In this document: positions 27,860 to 42,951 of the stretch, in pieces
Position numbering within the stretch: the first letter of the stretch is position 1
How the letters are laid out: the number at the start of each line of letters is the position of its first letter
From: the human T2T-CHM13v2.0 reference genome, Homo sapiens
Reading direction: 5' to 3' (one strand)
DNA: 64,000 nucleotides
Assembly: GCF_009914755.1 (NCBI RefSeq)
Contig: NC_060929.1
The notes under the pieces: model-generated
Told to the model about the DNA's origin: nothing
The model's database searches: none
What the model saw: the letters and a program-made list of their open reading frames with translations, nothing else
Translations under genes and position numbers: made by a program

Positions 27860-28000
27860 ATGTACTCTTAAACTCTTCTCCCAGAGATTCTGATTAAGAA
27901 TATGTGGGATTCAGGAACCTGCATTTGTGACCAATGCTCTAGGTGATTCTGACTCTGATGTAGTTGGCCCACCAGAGGCACTTTGAGAAAGGCTGTCTTG
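27860..28000. mobile_element. MER5-type fragment
   Basis: CCCAGAGATTCTGATT...AGGAACCTGCATTT...CACTTTGAGAAA. Confidence 0.65.
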
Positions 28001-28468
28001 CCTCATCCCCTTGCAGTCTCTGTTTACTACTGCTTATCCTGCACTCCCTTTAATTCCCATTGACAGACAGGACTCTTCAGGGTCCAAAAAGGGAAAACCT
28101 AAGTGCTTCAAACTTTCTCAGAGTCCATGCCATATGCCAACAGCACCCAACAACATGGCCAATGATTCCAACTCCAACTCTTCCATTCTTTGGAATCAAT
28201 TTCTAATTCCATCTGCTCTAGAATGTCTTCCTGATCAGGCAAAGTGAGAGAGAGCTTGGCAATAGCTTTTCTTTAGGCAAATCACAATCACCTCTTTAGC
28301 CCTTTGCTCCATCAACTACAAAACTAGACAGATGGACAAGATCAATGGTTCTCAGATCTGTTGGGGAAGCAGAGTACCTAGAAGTCTTTGTGAAATGCTG
28401 TAGAATATAGAACCATTTACTGACTTCTAGGATATGAATCAGAATCAATTTTACTAAAATAAAGCTTT

Positions 28469-28760
28469 GGACCTGGCGTGGTGGCTCACACCTGTAATCC
28501 CAGCACTTTGGGAGGCCGAGGCAGGTGAATCACGAGATCAGGAGTTTGAGACAAGCCTGATCTCAATACGGTGAAACCCCGTCTCTACTAAAAATACAAA
28601 CATTAGCCGGCGTGGTTGCACAACTATAATCCCAGCTACTTGGGAGGCTGAGGCAGGAGAATTGCTTGAACCCGGAGGTGGAGGTTGCAGTGAGGTGAGA
28701 TGGCACCACTGCACTCCAGCCTAGGTGACAGAGGGACACTCCATGTCAAAAAAAAAAAAA
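28469..28760 (+). mobile_element. Alu (AluSg-like)
   Basis: Full dimer with poly(A). Confidence 0.95.
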
Positions 28761-28807
28761 GAGAAAATTTGGCCATGCAATATAAAATCACAGCCATGAC
28801 TATCTGA

Positions 28808-29030
28808 ATGGCAGATTGTCTTTCTCAAAGATGGCATACCCACCTGTATATCCTATCTCACATCTCCATCTTATAATGTGACTGACATTCCTTTTACTGA
28901 GAGGTGGGCTTTATATTCCCACTCCTGTAATCTCAACAGGAGCTTGTAACTGCCCTGATCCACAGAGTATAGTGAAAATGATCATTTGTGACCTCCAAGG
29001 CTAGGTCACAAAAAGAATACAGCTTCCATC
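28808..29030 (+). mobile_element. MLT1 (F/G/H-like) LTR 5' part
   Basis: TGGCAGATTGTCTTTCTCAAAGATGGC...TGTGACCTCCAAGGCTAGGTCACAAAAAG. Confidence 0.7.
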
Positions 29031-29059
29031 TCTCCCACCAGCACTGCCTGCTTCTCCTA

Positions 29060-30240
29060 TGGGAAGTTACTGGAGACATTTTAGAGAAAAGGCATGACAT
29101 TATTTGTTTTTAAAAAATAACTTTGACAGGTTAGTGAAGAATGCCTTGTATAGACAAACATGGGATCTGGGAGGCCTGCAGGAGTTATTTTAGGAAAGAA
29201 ATTGTAAAGATTTTGACAAAAGTATTATAGTAATATTAGATATAAATATAAGTGGATAGACTTGGAATATGCCTTAAAGTAAGAGTTGACAGGATTTGCC
29301 AGTGGATTTGTTGTGGGAGGAGGTGGTGAGAAAGAGGATTCTCTTAGCTTTTTGACTTGATCACCTGGTTGGAAAACAGAATCATTTACTGAGGTCGTTA
29401 TGGTAAAGGAAGGAGTAACTTTGGATTGGGAAAATAGTTCTGTTTTGAGATCCTACTCATCGTCCAAGCAGATACATCAAATCCAAGGAAAAGTGCACAA
29501 GTCTACAGTAGAGGAGATAGGTCAAGGCTAGACATGTATATATACCATCATCAGCATATTGGTGCTATTTAAAGCCAGGGACTGGATGAGATCAAGGAGA
29601 GAATTGGAGTTAGGAAAGAGAAGTGGGTAGAGGCAAAGCCCTGGACAATCCCTGCTTGGAGAATTGGTAGAGAAGGTGTAAAGGAGTAAAAGTAAAGGAT
29701 TAAAGCAGAAGGAATATATTTTCCTTACCAATTGCCAGGGTCTTGGCTGACACTCCTATAACAAAAGATAGATTAACAAGAGAAAAGCATAATAAATTTA
29801 TTTAACCCAAGTTTTACATGACACAAGAGCCTGGAGTAATGAAGACCCCCAAACCCAGGGAAAACTCTATTTTTATGCTTAGATTTGATGAAGAATGGAC
29901 CACCCTGTAGAAGTATGATTGGACAAAAAGGGTCTGATTTAGTGGGAACAAACTGAGGAAGAACCTAGCAAGGCTTATCTGTTCAGATGGATCTGTGGCT
30001 TCCAGGTATAGGGCAGGATGCCTTATGCCCTATTTTTAGGTACGATAGGTCATGGAATTCCTTCATGGCCAGCTGTTACACAGAAAAGCAGAGAGTGACC
30101 TTTCTGCTTTTGCTGTTTTCTCAATTTCCAAGGTGCCACATTTTGGGGTTGAGTGCTCTGAACTCCAACACCAGCAAAGGAGGCCAAGAAAGACATCGTT
30201 GATGTCACAGAACCAGGAGAGCTGGCATGTTTATATGCTG
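29060..30240 (-). mobile_element. L2 LINE, split by an ERV1 LTR
   Basis: TTGACAGGATTTGCCAGTGGATT, TATTTAAAGCCAGGGACTGGATGAGATC; resumes with CCAGCAAAGGAG at 30171. Confidence 0.75.
29677..30170 (-). mobile_element. Solo ERV1-class LTR (MER34/MER39/MER93-like group)
   Basis: Minus strand starts TGTTGGAGTTCAGAGCACTCAACCCCAAAATGTGGCACCTTGG and ends TACA; exact family uncertain. Confidence 0.75.
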
Positions 30241-30970
30241 ATAAGAATAAATGAATATAGAGAAGCAAGGCTGCAGAGGAAAGAAAGAACCACAGAAACA
30301 CAGTCCTTAAGAAGGTGAGGGAGGAGAGAGTCAGAGTGGAAATGGAGGGCTGATCTTTCAGAGGACGGAAGACCATCTGTGTAACCAGAGGAGAGACAAA
30401 CCATACGTGTGTAGAGGCTGCAGTTGGTAGACCTGACGTGGGAAGATGAGAGAGTTTGGATGAGTCCTTTGCTCTAAACCCACTTGTGTGTCCTTATGTC
30501 CTTATGGAAAACCTGTTTATCAACTCAGCTGGTCCTTGGAGAGTTCCATTTGGCAACAATTGAAGGTGTGTCTGGATTGCAGAGTTAAGGAACTCAGAGC
30601 TAAGACTGTCACTGGGTAAATGGCAAGATAGATAATGCTTATCTTTAAAAATGCCCCCTCCCCCACTCTTTTACCTCCTCATCTCTTTGTTCAATGTTCT
30701 CAATGTCCTTTGGTAATTCAAGTCAAAAAAGAAATAATTAGAAAGTCTTCTCAATACCAAGCTGTGAGGACAAAGTGTCACCCTTCCCAGCATTGTTTGC
30801 CTTTTTAAAGAGAGTTCTGGGAAAAGAGAAGACAGTTCCTAATGCAAGTCCCCAGTGGAAGAAATTCAGGCTTGAGGAAGATTTGGAGGGAGTGGCTTTC
30901 CAACTTCCAATCCCGTAGGGACAAGAAGAAATGGATAAATTCCTCGACACATACACCCTCCCACGACTAA

Positions 30971-31333
<363 letters not shown>

Positions 31334-31336
31334 TAA

Positions 31337-32182
<846 letters not shown>

Positions 32183-32433
32183 AGTTCATATGGAACCAAA
32201 AAAGAGCCTGCATTATCAAGTCAACCCTAAGCCAAAAGAACAAAGCTGGAGGCATCACGCTACCTGACTTCAAACTATACTACAAGGCTACAGTAACCAA
32301 AACAGCATGGTACTGGTACCAAAACAGATATATAGACCAGTGGAACAGAACAGAGCCCTCAGAAATAATGCCGCATATCTACGGCAAAGATCTATCTGAT
32401 CTTTGACAAACCTGACAAAAACAAGAAATGGTG

Positions 32434-32731
32434 GGCTGGGCACAGTGGGTCACGCCTGTAATCCCAGCATTCTGGGAGGCCAAGGCAGGCGGATCATGAG
32501 GTCAGGAGATCGAGACCATCCTGGCTAACACAGTGAAACCCCATCTCTACTAAAAATAAAGAAAATTAGCCAGATGTGGTGGCAGGCACCTGTAGTCCCA
32601 GCTACTCAGGAGGCTGAGGCAGGAGAATGGCGTGAACCCGGAGGCGGAGATTGCAGTGAGCCAAGATCGCGCCACTGCACTCCAGCCTGGACAACAGAGC
32701 GAGACTCCACCTCAAAAAAAAAAAAAAAAAA
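32434..32731 (+). mobile_element. AluY inserted in L1 ORF2
   Basis: AluY diagnostics; TSD AAGAAATGGTG/AAGAAATGGGG. Confidence 0.97.
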
Positions 32732-34582
32732 AAGAAATGGGGAAAGGATTCCCTATTTAATAAATGGTGCTGGGAAAACTGGCTAGCCATATGTAGAAAG
32801 CTAAATCTGGATCCCTTCCTTACACCTTATACAAAAATTAATTCAAGATGGATTAAAGACTTACATGTTAGACCTAAAACCATAAAAACCCTAGAAGAAA
32901 ACCTAGGCAATACCATTCAGGACATAGGCATGGGCAAGGACTTCATGTCTGAAACACCAAAAGCAATGGCAACAAAAGCCAAAATTGACAAATGGGATCT
33001 AATTAAACTAAAGAGCTTCTGCACAGCAAAAGAAACTACCATCAGAGTGAACAGGCAACCTACAGAATGGGAGAAAATTTTTGCCATCTACTCATCTGAC
33101 AAAAGGCTAATATCCAGAATCTACAAAGAACTCAAAACAAATTTACAAGAAAAAAACAAACAACCCCATCAAAAAGTGGGCAAAGCATATGAACAAACAC
33201 TTCTCAAAAGAAGACATTTATGCAGCCAAAAGACACGTGAAAAAATGCTCATGATCACTGGCCATCAGAGACATGCAAATCAAAACCACAATGAGATATC
33301 ATCTCACACCAGTTAGAATGGTGATCATTAAAAAGTCAGGAAACAACAGGTGCTGGAGAGGATGTGGAGAAATAGGAACACTTTTACACTGTTGGTGGGA
33401 CTGTAAACAAATTCAACCATTGTGGAAGTCAGTGTGGTGATTCCTCAAGGATCTAGAACTAGAAATACCATTTGACCCAGCAATCCCGTTACTGGGTATA
33501 TACCCAAAGGATTATAAAACATGCTGCTATAAAGACACATGCACACGTATGTTTATTGTGGCACTATTCACAATAGCAAAGATTTGGAACCAACCCAAAT
33601 GTCCAACAATGATAGACTGGATTAAGAAAATGTGGCACATATACACCATGGAATACTATGCAGTCATAAAAAATGATGAGTTCATGGCCTTTGTAGGGAC
33701 ATGGATGAAGCTGGAAACCATCATTGTCAGCAAACTATCACAAGGACAAAAAACCAAACACCACATGTTCTCACTCATAGGTGGGAATTGAACAATGAGA
33801 ACACTTAGACACAGGATGGGGAACATCACACACCGGGGCCTGTTGTGGGGTGGGGGGGAGGAGGGAGGGATAGCATTAAGAGATATACCTAATGTTAAAT
33901 GAAGAGTTAATGGGTGCAGCACACCAACATGGCACATGTATACATATGTAACTAACCTGCACGTTGTGCACATGTACCCTACAACTTAAAGTATAATAAA
34001 AAAATAATCAAAGACTTACAGGATTAAGAAACAAAACATCAACCAATCTACTGTATACAAAACTGATTGCTATGCACAGATGCCTTCTGTTTTATCTTTC
34101 AAGGATTTAACTTTGACATTCTGTGACCCATCATGAAAGAGGAGAAGGAGAAAGGAGGAGGGAGAAGGAAGAAAGGGAGGACAGGAAATGTTAGCATAGT
34201 TGATTGACTCTAGCTAGCTATGTCATAATACATCTCTAAGAGTCAATTTATATATTTAGTGGTAACTCTGGTGGGAGTATTCAAACATTGTAATTATAAT
34301 GTATTCTAGATCAGAATGGACTTGATATAAAGGTTGGTTTGGTTGTCTCCACTAGTCATTGCACTTGTCTTGATTAATAAGGTATACAATTCCACATAAA
34401 GCGTTTATGTGTGTTGTATCAGAGGCAAAGTAAAAAAATATAACTTGCCTATTTTATAATAGGGAGAAAAGCAGAATAATTCTAACAATAACAATAATAA
34501 TGATGACAATAATAGTAGCTCTCATATTGAGGACCTACTACATGCTTTGTACACTGTTAGGTAATTAATATTATCCCATTTA

Positions 34583-34919
<337 letters not shown>

Positions 34920-35107
34920 TAAGTACTCATAAAGACTGGTCAGAAATAATGTGGCCCTCCAAACTTGCAAAGGCCAAAGGACAGTGATGTTTAACAGCAG
35001 TGTTGGTCAAGTGCAAAGTATGTGTGTTCACTGTGTTGATTTCTGCAACAACTGTCCCTTCTCCACTCAAGCCAAATGAAACAACATACTTACCCTCTGC
35101 ATTTGCG

Positions 35108-35422
<315 letters not shown>

Positions 35423-35609
35423 TGAATCTTTGAATTTTTCCCAGACTCTTCACTGATGGTGAATGCTATGGACTGGAAATAGTGTGTAGGTCAAACTACC
35501 TTTACGGCAGAGCGTGCTCACCCAGCATAAACCTGCAGCTGGCCTCTTACTATTAACCAGCAACCAACACTGAAGAATATTTTATTTTAGCATCTTTGAT
35601 GCACAGAAG

Positions 35610-35800
35610 CCGATAGCATCTGAGCCACAAAACCTGAGTTTGGATCTCACTTTTGTTATTTATTAGTTGTGTAGCTTTGTGCAAGTTCCTTAGCCTCTCT
35701 GATGCTCAATTTCCTTATTAGTAAATTAGGGGAATTCTGACGTTCTTGTGAGAATCAAATCAGAGAATGTACATGAGCACCATACTTTATAATTGAAAGA
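35610..35800 (+). mobile_element. MIR SINE
   Basis: GCAAGTTCCTTAGCCTCTCTGATGCTCAATTTCCTTAT. Confidence 0.75.
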
Positions 35801-38283
35801 GACAATGAATTTGCTGGGTTTTAGTACCTTTCTGATTTGGAAGGAGGAGACAGAGAAAGGGATGGAGGGAGAAGGAGGGAGAAGCGATGGAGAAAGAAAA
35901 GTGTTTTGAAGACTGGGAAATGTTTTGCACATATGAGAAATGTTTGATTACTAGTTATAATGATGAATCAGTTTCAATTAAAATAATCACAATAAATAGC
36001 TAACCGTTTTTCTCTTCCCTCACTCCCAATAATTTCCAATATCTGCCCCACCAACACTTGTGTAAGGAAGTAAGATTACAGATTACAGTATCACCTTCCC
36101 GGGGTAAATCTTAATGAGGAGGAAAAAGAAAACAACATGGAGTTTTGGGATGATTCAAAAACTGAACAGCCAGCCTCTGAATAACTGAGAGCTGGCTCCT
36201 TCTGCAGTGTTGCCACATGCTAGTTAGCGAGCTGGCTGGTGGAGAGTACACACGGGCATGATGCACCCAACACCCTCACCCAGCGCCAAACACAGGCACG
36301 GGTACTTGACCATGACTTCTTAAAATCTAAGTTCCACCAGGTCCAGAACAGTCTGCTCTGCATTTGGTGCAGTATACTCCGGGTATGCTCATTGTGTATG
36401 CTTCATACATGTTTAAAATATAGGTCTGCCACGCTTTCTAATGACTAAAGGGAAAGTGAGGCTACTTGTCTGCAAACAACACTTAGTTGATGCAGAATTA
36501 AGGAAATATTTCTACTAGAATTTCTGAAAAAGTGTCCGTGGGATGATATTTAGGCTATGAGTTTAGAAACAAGCAATAATATAATTAATAAGTGAAATAT
36601 ATTTGCGTTTTGCTGGGGTTTGTTTTGCCACTTTGAATTCTGAATAAACTGGTGTTTGAACTCCCAGAAGAACCAGTAAAAATAAATAAATAAATAACAG
36701 AGCTTTCATTTGTGTATTGTTCTGGATGCTACTGCAATGGAATAAATAATGCTATCAATCAATGCTTGTGATATAAAGGTGTGATTTCTTTTACTCTCCA
36801 GCAGGAACCACACGCCTGAGGGCTCATTAGTACAGGGCAGATGCCGATACCATTTGAGAAGAATGTGGCATGGAGAATTAAATGCTTTCTGAGAATGAAT
36901 GAGATCAGCAGCCATCACATACATTTACAGCTTGGCCTTTCTCTTCAGTCTGCAAATGGATTGAGGTGGTTTTCCCAGAGGCCACTCTGTCACCTTCATC
37001 ACACAGGAGGTGAGAACTCGGCCCTCAGCCAGGCATCAATGTAGGAGTGGGCACCTTGAATTGCTTCAAATATTGGTGTGAGGCTGCAGGCTGAAGATTC
37101 CTGTGAACTCAGCCCACATCCATTGCTGGGCTCTGTCACCCCATTGCACCTGGCTAATTCTTTTCTTTTATAATTTGTCAGGTTATGGGGGTGCATCACC
37201 TTTGGAAATAGCAAAATGAATGTTTGGATCGATTTGCTGAAGTCTGTCTTCAGGCACGCATGAGTGCAGGGGGGACAGTGGGGGGATAAGGATGGGGCAG
37301 GACACAGGGTCTGGCTGTTTGAAATGGAGCCAGTGTGCTTGCTGTAGAAGGACGTCTCTGTTGTTTTGATTCAGAGTTAATTGGGGGCTGAAATCCTAAT
37401 GCCCAGAGCAGATGCCTGTTCCTAGGGTCATGACCCTGCTTTATCCACATATATTCCTGAGAGCAGAATCATGCTGTCTCCATGAATTAGCCTAGAGGGA
37501 ATTGCTAAACATTCAGAATGTAAAAGACTCAATGACCAAAAGCACACATGTTCCCTCACTGTGAGAACATGAAGGGAAAGCCTTCAGGTTTCATCTTCGA
37601 AACAGCTCAACACCCTGGCCCACTCTGCCCAGTGACCCATCATGTGTTATTTCTTTTAGGTCATCAGGTTCTGCCAAAGTGCAGGGCAGGACAGGAGAAT
37701 CAAAGGAAGACTCAGCAGCAGTGGGGGTGAGGATGGGACTGGGGAAGGCGAGTTAAGAACAGCCCAGAATGAGTAGTGCAAGGCTGAACCTTTCTCCTGG
37801 GGCTCAGAATTTTAAAAATGGTCTCTTGGTATTGAAATGACTGCATTGAGGGTGAATTCTTCTTTTTTATCCCCCTAAAGTTCATTCATGTAAAATTATT
37901 TCCCTACAATCAAAGTGTCTAGAAAAGAGGCTTGTTGTTGTTAGAGGAATGTTTCCTCTCTGAATGTTCAGTAAGCACCATTTCACTACTCTCTTCAGCC
38001 ATGAAGTCTTCTAGGTTAGAGACTGTGTAATTGTTCACCAAACCATTTCCCATTTTCTCCTGGACACACACTAGACTGCACTTCCCATCTTCCTTTGCAG
38101 GGAGGTACAACCATAAAACTGAGTTCTGGTCAATGGAATGTGGGCAGGAACAATGTTCACCACCACTGCCACCACCACGATCGCCACCAGACCTGGCCCA
38201 TAAAACCTCCTTTGCAGTCCTCCGGATTCCTTTGTTGCTGGCTGGGAGCAGAGGAGCCAGGGGATAATGTGGGAGGGAGCTGA

Positions 38284-39078
<795 letters not shown>

Positions 39079-40204
39079 TCTTGGATATGGTGGGGCCACA
39101 AGACAGAGGAATCCTGGATCCTTGAATGACTGCTTAGAGCAGGCTCCTTTCCCTCCCTTTCCCACTCTCCCACCAATCTGCGTTAAACTCAGACATGAGT
39201 GAGAAATAACCAGACATTTGCAACGGCTTATTCCAGCAGTTAGTCTATGACTGACACAATCCTAGAGGAAGAGGAGTAGGGAAGAAGTTAACATTCTGAA
39301 TGTTGATGTGAGCATTTTGAAACTCAGTTTTCTAGCTCTAACTTTCACACATTTGGCTGCTGGGCCTTCACCTTTGTGTCCTCAGTGATGAGTCCTTTAT
39401 GGTTCAGCAGAATGAAAGCAACTTATTCTCCAACAGCCTTATATCAAGCACTCTTACAGCTGCATCAAAGTTCAGCTTGAGAAGGGACACACAATCGAGC
39501 TGGTGTGGTTCAAGGACAGGATTTTAATTGCTCATAAAACTGGCATGCAGTAGTATCTGACTATGTACACCACAGTTGCATAAAAAGACAGCTAACCAGC
39601 TCTGCCAGAGCATACTAAAGAGCACTCTAGCGTTTTCCATTTAAAATTAATGTTTCTTTCAATGCAGAAGCCATGACATCTAAAACATGCAAATTTATTT
39701 TTACAATTGACTTTAACACTAAAAAGACATTTGGTAATTAAATGAGTTAGGAGAGTGTGATTAGCAATGGCTGAGCATGTGCCTCTTGTTATAAGTTTAG
39801 AGGGAAATTGCTTTTTCATTCCTTTTCTTTTCCTGATTTAACAGAACATTTTCCCATAGTTCTATTTTAATGAGCTCCTAATGATGTTCTAAGTATTCCC
39901 TTTTACATTGTTATAGAGCAATGGGTTTATAAACCTAATTAGGTTTGATGATTATAAAAATTCAAATCAATATCACATCTATAACATGCAATTTATTTTT
40001 AACTTCAGTCTATCTGTTGGTAGCTAATGCATTGATATTGTTTAACTTTTAGCTTTTTACTTAGGTGTATGGGCAAACAAAATACTGTAAGTAGCACTCT
40101 TAGGTTCCCGACACTTAAATTTCAAGGAATCATCTAACACTTAAAATTGGCTTTGTTCTTGAGCAGCCTAAATATCTTAAGAGCATCTTATCATTCAATT
40201 TTCT

Positions 40205-40720
40205 AAATAATTTTTTGTATAATTAGATAATACAATGCATATACTATCCAAACAAAATAAAAGAACATCCAATAAAAAAGCAAGTCCCCTTTCTCCCTTG
40301 ACTTCTAGAAACCTAGTTTTCTTCTCTGGAATCTACCACTGTTAACAATTTATTTTATATCTTCTCAAAGTATTCTGTGTATATATAAATAAACATGTAC
40401 ATATTTCAAGTTTCCATACAAATATATTAAACTATAAATATTCTCTAGAACTCTTCTTTTTAAACTTAACAATAACTTCTATAAGATCTTTCCATACACA
40501 TATATAAAGAACTTCCTCCCTTTTCCATATAGTATTCCAGTTTATGGATGTGCCATGCGCTGTATTTAGGTTGTTTCCAACCTCTTGCCGTAACAGTGTT
40601 TTAATGAGTAGCTTTGCCCAATAATGTCATTTTGCACATATGAGCATGCATATCTATTATCAAATACCAATGAGCACAGGATATAAGCATTTTTAATGTG
40701 ATAGATATCATAAATGATTA
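40205..40720 (-). mobile_element. Old L1M (L1ME-like) fragment
   Basis: ATAGTATTCCAGTTTATGGATGTGCCAT...TATTTAGGTTGTTTCCAA. Confidence 0.65.
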
Positions 40721-41094
40721 TTATTATATAATAAATTCTTTGCAACAACTGATGTTGGACTCCTCCACTAGGGAGGAATTCTCCCAAAGAATTCCAGTGA
40801 CGCAAGGTCCCAGCGATTTGTTTGGCCTCCCTGGTCCTGCAGAAGGGCTAAGTAAATAAAATAGCCTAGACCTAAAGATGCTGAACAGAAACAAATTTGT
40901 AAGACACCGAAGCGTTTGGGCTTGGGGTAGGGAGGTGAGAGAGGAGTGAGAGAGGTTGGGCAGGGTGAGAAAACAACAATTGAGAATTAAGACCAGCCAG
41001 GCTGAAGATGCCAGGAAATGCACACGTAAGAGAAGGGGGGTGGTACCTGGAAAAGTTCATTGTGCAACTGTGGCAAGAGACAGAGAGAGAGAAC

Positions 41095-41280
41095 ATGGGA
41101 CCTGGAATTAGAAAACCTGCGTTCTAATTCTGCCTCCATCACTTAACTACAGCTGTGTGATCTTGGATGAATTAGGATAGCAATACTTACTTTGCAAGGT
41201 TGTCATAAGGAATAAAGAGACAATGCACGTGAAAATGCCAGGTAACCCAAGTGAACTTGACGAATGTTAGTGGAATCTAA
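41095..41280 (+). mobile_element. MIR SINE
   Basis: GAAAACCTGCGTTCTAATTCTGCCTCCATCACTTAAC...TGTGTGATCTTGG. Confidence 0.75.
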
Positions 41281-42951
41281 ATAAATGTAACTTTCAACAT
41301 GTGTAAGTACAAAGGAATCCTAAATACTGAAAGTTCACCAGAACATCAACTCCATAAGAGCCAGGGCTATGTTTAGCTGCTTTACTGCTATATCCCCTGT
41401 GCAAAGAGTTGACATTGAATAGATGTCCCATGAATATCTATGAAAAGAGTGAAGTTTGGACCAACTCTGCAAAACTGGAGAAGGAAATGAAAATGCAAGG
41501 AGAAAGGCTGGTTAAGGATGGAGATAGAGCTTTGGGAATTCTGTGCTTCTAATGATCATCTTAATCATTATGAGGAAAACCTAATCATGTATCTTATTAA
41601 AATGTGTTGATTGGATAAACATGTGAATGAATAAACTCTTTAAGGTGCTTTCCAAAATTATTTCATGAAGTGAGTAAGCTCCCCAAACCCTAGAGGAGGA
41701 AAGGGAAAGGGTATTTGTATTTGAAATATTTGTATTACAGTGATTTGAACTGTTGACAAAGTTGTTCTGTATTTTATTTTTCTATAGCTTTAAACATTTT
41801 TTGACTCATGTTTTGGTTGGAATAAAGCATTCTGGTTGCCTATTATTGGCTACATGATTCTAAAGTCTGCTGTATTAATGTTGCTTCTGTCTCCATATGG
41901 AAATGTATAGATAAGAAGATAAGTCCTCAAGCTTTCTCAGTGATCAGGCAGAGATGAGGGAATTAAATGAGAGAAGTTAGGTCAGATGATCTTGAAGGTC
42001 CTTTTCTGCCCTAAAATTGTAGAATTTCATGAATAAAAGCACAATGGGAAGAGCAGGGGTTAATTAAAAAAACAAACAAACCTGGATCCTTATGAGAGAG
42101 AAGCCACATTACGTGTAGAAGATTATAACAAACGCCTCACATTTATAGAGTGTTTACAAAGGGGCAGGCTCTACATAACTGTTTCACTTAATCCTTACAA
42201 TCCCTGTAAAAGAATTGTTGGAAATTTTGTCTGGTATCAAGCAGCTGGAAAGGAGGCGATCTTTCTAAGCACATACCATAGTTTAAAGCAGCAAAGTTGC
42301 CAACAATAACTGGCTTTGTAAAAATAATTGCTGCCCCAAATCAAAGAACTGTCTTCCACTGAGTTGAAAGGGCTATTAATCTGGGGGTGGTCTTCCAGGC
42401 ACAGAAACATGCAGAGATAATGTCATCTTTGACTCGGAAGGACAGAGTTCTGTGTGACATGGAAGCCTGAGTGGTTATGACTTCATGGGACAGGGCTTCT
42501 TTGCTTGGCTTTTTCCCCTATCTAGAATGAGTTATATCCTCAATTGGTGACAAACTTTCTCTTTTTTTTTTCTACTTCTATTGTGAGCTGGCCTAAGCAA
42601 TTTAGCAGCACAGAGTTCCTAGGTTCCCTTTATTAATATTGGATATACACCAATAGTCAGTGGTAGGTGAGGAACATAGCTCTCCAAGCCCATGACCACA
42701 CTACAGGCAATAAAAACAAGATGCAGAAAAACTCTGCAACCACACATTTATTGACAAGAAAGCATAAAAGTATACAACTCAATAGCTCCAGGTATTTGCC
42801 CTTTTAGATGATCTGATCACTCCCTGTTTGAATGGCACATTTGGGGCACATGCAATAATATCCTAGAGGCAGGGTTCAGCTAGGCTTATGGTTGCCAACA
42901 GGTAAGCAGAATTATCCAAACCAGCGGTAGAGTACTATTTTGGAAACCATG

